This document shows, piece after piece, positions 55,301 to 64,000 of a stretch of 64,000 nt of DNA; position 1 is the first letter of the stretch; every line of letters begins with the position of its first letter. The notes under the pieces are model-generated. The model was not told the DNA's origin and did not search any database. It saw only the letters and a list, made by a program, of their open reading frames with translations. Location: the NCBI GenBank assembly GCA_004764695.1, contig SMSO01000033.1, positions 2,837,526-2,901,525 of the forward strand. Direction: 5' to 3'. The stretch is from Schizochytrium sp. TIO01 (Eukaryota; Protista; Bigyra: Labyrinthulomycetes). A program made the translations under genes and the position numbers.

Positions 55301-58300
55301 CAATGTCCTCTCCAGGAGAACACACCCTTTCGAACAATTCTTTAGGAGTTCCAGAAAAATTGTCATAGCTGCATTTTGTAAATAAATGAACGAAAGAAAG
55401 AGAATAAAAGCGCTTGTTAGAAAACCGATGCACGCAACTAAAGACGGCCTTCTCACAAGTCCATATGGAGACATGGAGAGAACCAGCGAAGGCAAGGCTC
55501 TGCACATGCTGGGAATAGCAGCAGAGGGAACGGAACTTACGAGATTATAACAGAAGGACATGCTTTGTGCAGAGACTTTGCGACGGCCTTTGCGCCCTCA
55601 TCGCCAATGTTGTTATTGTCAAGACTGTGAGTATAAATGAATAAGTTTGTTTTGTTGATTCGTTGTCAGGAAAGACAGGTCCAGTCAGTTGATCCTGTTT
55701 TGTTTTGTTTTTCCTCACAATAAAAAGCAATCAGCTCTTCTTCTTCTGCTGCTGCTGCTGCCTATCAAATTATATAGATTTCCTTCTTCTCTTTGTAAAA
55801 AAGAAAAGACTTCTTTGCCTTTCTTTGCGTACCCAACTACGTAAACTACTTAGGTAGTCTACCAGCAGTACTACAAACACCAAGAACTAAAAAGAAAGAA
55901 AGAAAAAGCTTGGTCCTGACTATTACGATAGCTTTCCCTCGTGGATGATTCCACCAACGTACTACAATAGTTCAAGGTTCTTGCATCCCTCGAGTGCCTT
56001 TGCGACGGCCTTTGCGCCATCATCGCCAATGTTGTTGGTATGAAGACTGTGAGTATAAATGAATAAGTTTGTTTTGTTCATTCGTTGTCAGGAAAGACAG
56101 GTCCAGTCAGTTGATCCTGTTTTGTTTTGTTTTTCTTCACAATATAGCAATCAGCTCTTCTTCTTCTTCTGCTGCTGCTGCTGCTGCCTATCAAATTATA
56201 TAGATTTCCTTTTGCCCTTCCTTCTTCTCTTTGTAAAAAAGAAAAGACTTCTTTGCCTTTCTAAAGTACCTAACTACGTAAACTACTTAGGTAGTGTACC
56301 AGCGGTACTACAAACACCAAGCACTCAAAAGAAAGAAAGAAAAAGCTTGGTCCTGACTATTACGATAGCTTTCCCTCGTGGTTGATTCCACAAACGTACG
56401 ACAAAGTTTGAAGGTTCTTGCATCCCTCGAGTGCCTTTGCGACGGCCTTTGCGCCCTCCGAGCCAATGTTGTTGCCCCCAAAAAAACCCCCACCAAGACT
56501 GTGAGTATAAATGAATAAGTTTGTATTGTTCATTCGTTGTCAGGAGAGACAGGTCCAGTCAGTTGATCCTGTTTTGTTTTGTTTTTCCTCACAATAAACA
56601 GCAATCAGCTCTTCTTCTTCTTCTTCTGCTGCTGCTGCTGCTGCGTATCAAATTATATAGATTTCCTTCTGCTCTTTGTAAAAAAGAAAAGACTTCTTTG
56701 CCTTTCTTTGCGTACCCAACTACGTAAACTACTTAGGTAGTGTACCAGCAGTACTACACACACCAAGCACTAAAAAGAAAGAAAGAAAAAGCTTGGTCCT
56801 GACTATTACGATAGCTTTCCCTCGTGGTTGATTCCACAAACGTACTACAATTGTTGAAGGTTCTTGCATCCCTCGAGTGCCTTTGCGACGGCCTTTGCGC
56901 CCTCATCGCCAATGTTGTTGTCCTGAAGACTGTGAGTATAAATGAATAAGTTTGTTTTGTTCATTCGTTGTCAGGAAAGACAGGTCCAGTCAGTTGATCC
57001 TGTTTTGTTTTGTTTTTCCTCACAATAAAAAGCAATCACCTCTTCTTCTTCTTCTTCTGCTGCTGCTGCTGCTGCCTATCAAATTATATAGATTTCCTTT
57101 TGCCCTTCCTTCTTCTCTTTGTAAAAAAGAAAAGACTTCTTTGCCTTTCTAAAGTACCTAACTACGTAAACTACTTAGGTAGTGTACCAGCGGTACTACA
57201 AACACCAAGCACTCAAAAGAAAGAAAGAAAAAGCTTGGTCCTGACTATTACGATAGCTTTCCCTCGTGGTTGATTCCACAAACGTACGACAAAGTTTGAA
57301 GGTTCTTGCATCCCTCGAGTGCCTTTGCGACGGCCTTTGCGCCCTCCGAGCCAATGTTGTTGCCCCCAAAAAAACCCCCACCAAGACTGTGAGTATAAAT
57401 GAATAAGTTTGTATTGTTCATTCGTTGTCAGGAGAGACAGGTCCAGTCAGTTGATCCTGTTTTGTTTTGTTTTTCCTCACAATAAACAGCAATCAGCTCT
57501 TCTTCTTCTTCTTCTGCTGCTGCTGCTGCTGCGTATCAAATTATATAGATTTCCTTCTGCTCTTTGTAAAAAAGAAAAGACTTCTTTGCCTTTCTTTGCG
57601 TACCCAACTACGTAAACTACTTAGGTAGTGTACCAGCAGTACTACACACACCAAGCACTAAAAAGAAAGAAAGAAAAAGCTTGGTCCTGACTATTACGAT
57701 AGCTTTCCCTCGTGGTTGATTCCACAAACGTACTGTAAAGTTTGAAGGTTCTTGCATCCCTCGAGTGCCTTTGCGACGGCCTTTGCGCCCTCCGAGCCAA
57801 TGTTGTTGTCCTGAAGACTGTGAGTATAAATGAATAAGTTTGTTTTGTTGATTCGTTGTCAGGAAAGACAGGTCCAGTCAGTTGATCCTGTTTTGTTTTG
57901 TTTTTCCTCACAATAAAAAGCAATCAGCTCTTCTTCTTCTGCTGCTGCTGCTGCCTATCAAATTATATAGATTTCCTTCTTCTCTTTGTAAAAAAGAAAA
58001 GACTTCTTTGCCTTTCTTTGCGTACCCAACTACGTAAACTACTTAGGTAGTCTACCAGCAGTACTACAAACACCAAGCACTAAAAAGAAAGAAAGAAAAA
58101 GCTTGGTCCTGACTATTACGATAGCTTTCCCTCGTGGATGATTCCACAAACGTACTTTAAAGTTTGAAGGTTCTTGCATCCCTCGAGTGCCTTTGCGACG
58201 GCCTTTGCGCCCTCCGAGCCAATTTCTCCAAAAGAACTTCTGTTTCGAAGGCTGTGTTTGTTTGTTTGTTTATTTGTTGGTGAACAAGTGAGAGTAAGTA

Positions 58301-58460
58301 TATGACTAGTTCAAAACTATTCTTCTTCTACAAAGCTGACTACTACAACACATCGACGACGCGATGCTTCCTTCTTCTGTCTCCTCCCTTCTGCATCGTG
58401 AACTTACTCTATCTCCGTCGTATCTTCTGTGATGCCCTTAATGCTTTTTGCCACAGTCAT
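52329..58460 (-). CDS. Gene C: 7 LRR - helical region - atypical protein kinase - RING - Rcat/IBR-type zinc domain (10 exons, ~1188 aa)
   Basis: Exons 58460-58408, 58251-58156, 57817-57734, 57386-57288, 56929-56846, 56498-56400, 56046-55963, 55624-55541, 55368-55174, 55017-52329; all junctions are phase 2 and the frame stays open. Kinase: VLK, HCDIKPEN, IGDFDG, YVAPE, DMYSVG. RING: CLVC...C...LCRDC...CMKPEC. Then CPNC...DFDGCCAVEC...CGHHFCAWC. Confidence 0.88.
55541..58230 (-). repeat. Tandem array of intron+exon units (period 422-446 bp) in gene C
   Basis: Six near-identical introns containing (CTT)n(CTG)n, each abutting an LRR exon with the shared core GAKAVAK (ALEGCKNL in six of the seven). 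Confidence 0.97.
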
Positions 58461-59691
58461 CTTGTTTTGCAGCAGTGAGTGTCACCTTTAATGGATGGAT
58501 TGATCAATCGCGTTGATTGGCTTTGCTTTTCTTTGTCTTCGCTTTGCTTTGGCGCTCGAAAGAGAGAGAGAGAGAGAGAGTAGTTTGAGTCTTCGCTCGC
58601 GCTGCTGATCAGGAACGGAGACTCCTGCTCTGTCTTCTTCTTCTCTTTCTTCTTCGCAGCAAGGAAGGAGGAACGGGCGGACTACTCGCGATGCCTCGAA
58701 AGTGCCTCTGCAGACCAAGCCTCGCCCACGAGCAACGAACGCGTGGAGGGGTGTGGCGCGCGAGAGGTTGCGGGGGCGTGGGTATCGTGCGTGCGCGCTG
58801 CCTCGTGTTGCGGGTTTGCGAGGATGGCTGGCTTTGGCGAGAGTAGTAGGTTGCTGGGTATGATAGTTGGTTGTATACGTAGTAAGCGCTGCTAGTGTTT
58901 TCGAAGGTCCGTTGAGTCAATTTTTTCCTGAGAGCGCAAGGTGTGAAAATAGATTCTGCTCTTGAAGAAAGACGAGGAGGCGTTGTGCTTCTATCAAGTC
59001 ACACACAATGCAGAACGTGGTAGAAAGGTCCCTATCCATTTGTGATCGTGTATGGGTGCTATTGTTTTGGTTTGATAATATATAGCATTGAGTAGGGTTT
59101 GGTTGGTCGAGTTTCGATTGGCACGGCGTTTTGTGTAACGAGTAGTAGGCAAGAAGAGGTCCTTGTATCGGGGTCAATTTGACAGAAGAGCCAAAAACTT
59201 GTAGTCTTTTCGTTGTTTTTGGTGAGGTCTTGAAGCGACGAAAACTCGTAACTGTGTCATACAAGAAATAAATTGCTTGTCGGGAGTAGGTTTTTGTCTA
59301 TCAGATAGTAATAGGTTTGTGATGCGATCTATGATAGATTATCTTGAGATCGGGAAAGCTTGGGAGAGAATGGAGAGCAAGTCGACAATTTTCGGATTTC
59401 AAAGATGTGTTGAGTTGCTTCACGGCTTCAACATGAAGAAAGCGGAGAGGCGCTTTCAAGGATCGGAGCTACTGGCGGCTGCGACCAAAGGTGTACCAGA
59501 AAGAAGGGAAGGAAATTTAAAAAAAGAGGAGAATCTTTGACCGAGAGTAGATGCCTAGTTGCCTTTCTTACAGTGCTGTCAATCCTCTTCGGGCAGGTTT
59601 ATTTTCATGAAATTAATCTTTAATAATATTGTGATATCAACCGTGGAGTTGCTTTCTTTTAGTAATAGGGTTAAAAATAAAAGGAGAAAAA

Positions 59692-59810
59692 CACATTCAA
59701 CACCGGGGCTTCGCATGCGGTCCCCTATCATACTACTGACCCGGCCCTACGCGACTTTACTTCTCAGTGCGAATGAGATGAGGTGTTACCCGCGTGGTAT
59801 GATCGAATGT
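59692..59810 (-). rRNA. 5S rRNA
   Basis: 119 nt, nearly identical to 48946-49064; T5 terminator follows. Confidence 0.95.
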
Positions 59811-59833
59811 GCTGAGGAGAGGGTGCATGATGG

Positions 59834-59840
59834 ATTTATA
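59834..59840 (-). promoter_or_regulatory. TATAAAT box at -30..-24 of 5S
   Basis: Conserved position in all three 5S copies. Confidence 0.7.
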
Positions 59841-60016
59841 CTCAGTATTAGGTTGGTTGTTGTTTACTTCTATGTAGTGCAACAAGACAAGATAGTGGTA
59901 GTGGAACGTCTGGAGCAAACATCACTGCAAAAGATATTAGAGTAGAAGTTATTAACTAGTTTGGTAAAGATAGGCCTAGTAGATATTGTTAGAAAGAACT
60001 CAAGTGCAGAAAAAGA

Positions 60017-63000
60017 ATGCAGAACCCAAGTGTCGCTGCAGAGATTGATCAAATCACTATTTACGACGGAACAGCAGGTGTGGCGCAGCAGAGAGCTGGG
60101 AGCATAAACAACATCAGCAGCGACGAGCAACACGATTGCGAGTCGGCGACCCTTTTCTTCGCGAGCGTTGGCTTAGCAAGGATTGGCAAGAGACAAAGCT
60201 CGAACGAACGATCGGCGAGGGAGGGCGCTCTTGAAGTGCAGTATACACAGGGAGCTTCTACTACACGCTGATCGTGTAGCGTAGAAACGGGTGGCGGGAG
60301 ACTAAGTGGTGTTTTCTTAGGTTCTTCTCGGAGTCAACTGTTGAAAGTACCGTCGCCAGGCACGAACGAGGGACGAAAATGATTAGAGAAAACATGATTT
60401 CAGATCACTCTTGTGACTTCTTTGGCGAAATGAACAAGCGGACGCTTCGAAAGCTTCGTGAAGGTTCAGTTACCAAAAATATAGAGTAAGTGTAAAAGTA
60501 AGAGAAGATCTTTGGACACAGAAACACCAGACCAAGAATATCTAGCCAGTTAGTAAAAATTTGACTTCCCCGACTTGCGTGTTGATCTGCCGTGCGTGCT
60601 TTATTCATGTGCTGGATACAGATTTGAAAGGGTTGCTGACTTTGAACTTGTTGATGATGCAAAATCTCTTTTTTTAATATAATAGACTAAGTGGGTACCA
60701 TTGGGCACGAGTTCAAATTAGCAACGAAGGTTGGCAAGCCTTGACTGAGGCAGTCAAGGAAAATCGTGTGGGATGAACCTTGAAGTGAGTTTTCGTTAAA
60801 GGTTCCGTATTCGCGCGGCATTGTAGACGATCATTAAATTAATGACTGACGGAAGCTGTTCTTTCTCGGTGTTTCGGGGGAAATTCTCGATGAATAGACT
60901 CAAGAACATTAATATTAGCAATGATCATTGGGTTGCTCTCGCAAACGCACTGAAGGAGACTACAGTAATGTCTGGACTCATGTAAGTGAGAATTAACATT
61001 TCGTGTGTTGAGGCAATGGATCTGATGACACCATTTCATGTTTAATTATATATACACTAACATGAATAATTACCCGTCGAGGCACACAATACCATTCTTT
61101 GATGGTGGCTAACAAGCAGCTTGTGTAACGTCCCATTCACCACTGAAATGATCAAGGGCTTGGATGGTGTTCTCCAGAAGAATCGAGCTTTGAAGCGTTT
61201 GGGGTGAGTTCAGCTAAGTCAAGGTGAAATGTCATCTAGGTCCCACCTGACAGGTTGTCATTTTTTTTGTTGACGAGCATGTCATTGGGGACGACTTTGT
61301 AGGATCATTATTTGAAAACTGCTAACAGTGAGATTATTTGGTGGTTACTATAATACTCCTTGTTATCAATGGGGGGTGCGCAGGCTTTTGGATAACAATT
61401 TGGGGAGTGAAGCTTTTGCGATTTTGGTGGAAGCCCTGAAGATGAATGAGACGCTGAAATGTTTGGAGTGAGTTTGTTGAAGCAGGAAGACACGATATCT
61501 GGTCTCTTTGTTGTTTGTTAAAGAGTTTTTTGGTAACAAAATGAGAACGACGACTGACGATGTTATAAATTGATGTGCTTTTACTTGTGAGCGAGCAGGA
61601 TTGAAAGGAATATCGGGGCTGACGATTGCGTCGTTTTAGCTGATAGTCTAAAGAACAACCAGTCACTGAGTACAGTAAAGTGAGTATAGTCGGCCTTTGC
61701 AATATTTGCTAGATGTTATGTCTTGTCGTGCATATAAGAGAGTTATATGATAGGTAGCTAACAAATTGTGCGATGCATTGGCATGATGGTCTCTTGAATG
61801 AACAGTCTTGATGACAATACGATTGGCAGCAAAGGTTGTTTGGCTTTGGCCGAGGTGCTCAAGGTAAACGAAACGCTGAGAATTCTACAGTAAGTATATA
61901 TAGTCTATGTATGCCGCCGGATACAGGAATGTTTCTGATAGTCGTGCAGGAAGTTTGCTGACGTTACTGTCGATTGATTAAACGATACTGTTGCATAATT
62001 TTTGACAAGCGGGGGCTTACAGAATTCGTGGTAACAACGTTGGCAGCAATGCTTGTGCAGTGTTGGCAGATACACTGAAGAAGAACAAGACGCTGGCAGA
62101 ATTGGGGTGAGTTGAACAAGACCTTGAAATAGATTCATGATAATGGTGAACATGTGGGGCACAAGGAGAGGTTTTGCCTTGATCTTTTTAAAATTATAAA
62201 TGCATGGTGAGAAATGTTTGAGCAAGGTGGCTGACGTTCAAACTTGAGTGAAATCACTTTTATTTTTTCATTGTCAATTGTGGACCAACAGGCTGGGGAA
62301 CAACAATATTGACAACAAAGGTTGTGCAGCGTTGGCGGATGCACTCAAGACAAACCATACGTTGACCATGCTAGAGTGAGTTGACTGTTATACCCTTTGC
62401 ATGCATGCAAAAAGAGGGATAGTCATATGACATACTGACAGGAAGCATTGGAATGATTACGATTCTGAAAACAATTTATTGTCTTTGGCGGAGTACGGAT
62501 GCGCAGCCTTACATCTAACAAAATCAACGATGAAGGATGGGTGGGCTTGGCGGAAGTACTGAAGGAGAACAAGACAGTGGAAACGTTGCTGTGAGTTAGA
62601 CTAGCAATTTATCAGGCTATTGCCGGTACGAGAAGTTACCCATTGTAGCTTCTTTAGCAAAGAAATGACTGACTTTGATATCAATTGACGCATTTTTCTT
62701 TTTCAACAGGATGAATGGAAGCATTGTTGGCGATAAAGGTTGTGCGACGTTTGCTGAGGTACTCCAGAAAAACCATTCGCTGAAAAACCTAGGGTGAGTT
62801 GAGCAATCTATGTGTCAGACGATTCTGAGAATACACGGGCCTTTGTTCAAATTCTTGGCTGTTTCGAGTGAATATTGAAAGTTTAGAAGCATAGAGTTGC
62901 ACTTAGAGTGGCTCCGTACTGATTGTGCAGGAAGACTATTTGTTAAGATAACTGACTTTGATGTATAAATGGAAACAAATGAAATGATTTGCTATTTCGT

Positions 63001-64000
63001 TTTTGACTAATAGTCTGGGTACAAAGTACTTTGATAACACAGGCTTTCGCGCTTTTATGGATGTACTCAAGGAAAACAAGGTTTTGAAAGCGCTATTGTG
63101 AGTTGAATGATTTTGTTTTTTTTTGGGGGGGGTCTCTGACTGATGCAGAAATGATCAGAGGATCGAAAGAAGTTGTGTAATTACGTGTTTAATTCAAGCA
63201 AGTAGAAGGGAGCGATGCTTGCTTTTTGAAACCATGAGGAAGCCATTGGTGACGCTGTCAGAGGACTAACATTGGGTTGGAACGGGTTATGCCACGCAAC
63301 AACGTTTTCATTTTATTGCTAACTGCAATCTAACAGCTTGAGCGCAATGAGCATTGACGACAAGTTTTGTGTGGCTTTGGGTGAGGTGTTGAAGAAAAAC
63401 AAGGTTCTGACAGCATTATCGTGAGTTAAACAAGCTATTTTGGGCACAAAAGTGGTAAGGGTCAAAATCATTGGTGTACACTACTGCGGTTGATAAATAT
63501 GGAACACTTGGAAGATATAAGAGGAAATCTGGCGATGTCCTTGAAAATTGCAGTTTGATAGCAGAGATCTAACTCTATTCATTATTTGTAAATCGTGTTA
63601 TAGTATCAATGGGAAGGACAAGAGCAGCACAAGAGGTCGTATGGTGGTTATTGAAGGACTTCAGGTGAACCGCAGTATCAGCAGTCTTTGAGTACGTTGA
63701 AGAAAAACATGAAGAAAAGGAATTGTTTGTCTAACAGAATGATGTATTGATTGATAGACACCCCTGGCGAGGTGATAAAAGCATCCAAAGTGAATAACCA
63801 GATTTATGCTGAACAGGAAAGGGAAGAAAAATCTTGAACAGGTAGCTCGTGAGCTTCGTTGCATCCATGCCGTGAACAGGACCCTAGCTATGGCCGCTTG
63901 CAGGGAAACGTGGCAAACAAGTTGCGCAGAGTAGTTTAACTAGCAACAAGACCAATCTAAGAGGTAAAGAGCAATGCCTTGATGAACAGAAGCTGGAAGT
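60017..64000 (+). pseudogene. Gene D: disrupted 12-LRR gene with 'RELRCIH' tail (paralogue of gene B); runs off the window, 5' exon uncertain
   Basis: LRR exons start at 60686, 61120, 61384, 61599, 61806, 62023, 62292, 62507, 62710, 63014, 63337, 63604 (mostly 84 nt, AG/GT). Last exon from 63738 aligns with the gene B tail. Lesions: TGA at 60774-60776 and 63748-63750, an extra base near 63688 and another near 63810-63832. Confidence 0.82.

Overview
Eukaryotic genomic DNA with GT-AG introns. The 18S sequence points to a thraustochytrid (Labyrinthulomycetes, Aurantiochytrium-like); this was recognised by eye, not by database search. Bases 1-17 kb are compact housekeeping genes (lpxD 3' end, RWD-RING E3, SFT2-like, PEX13, NC2-alpha-like histone fold, GGTase-I beta, paraoxonase-like). 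They are interrupted by an apparently intact IS607-type element carrying a serine recombinase, an overlapping Fanzor2/TnpB nuclease and a foldable omegaRNA with a pseudoknot. From 17.6 kb on is an rDNA-associated accessory domain: one 18S-5.8S-28S unit, three dispersed 5S genes, three tRNA loci and four LRR genes that the ORF track misses because each 28-aa repeat is its own, mostly 84-nt, phase-2 exon. The four genes form two head-to-head pairs with the same layout: [effector-LRR (-)] - 5S - [(+) LRR + short 'RELRCIH' tail]. The effectors are Roc-COR-TIR in one pair and kinase-RING-Rcat in the other. In the two young arrays the introns and exon cores are homogenised, while the codons beside the splice sites, which form the LRR ligand-binding strand, are hypervariable. 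This is a candidate diversifying, paired innate-immune receptor system; function is inferred and untested.
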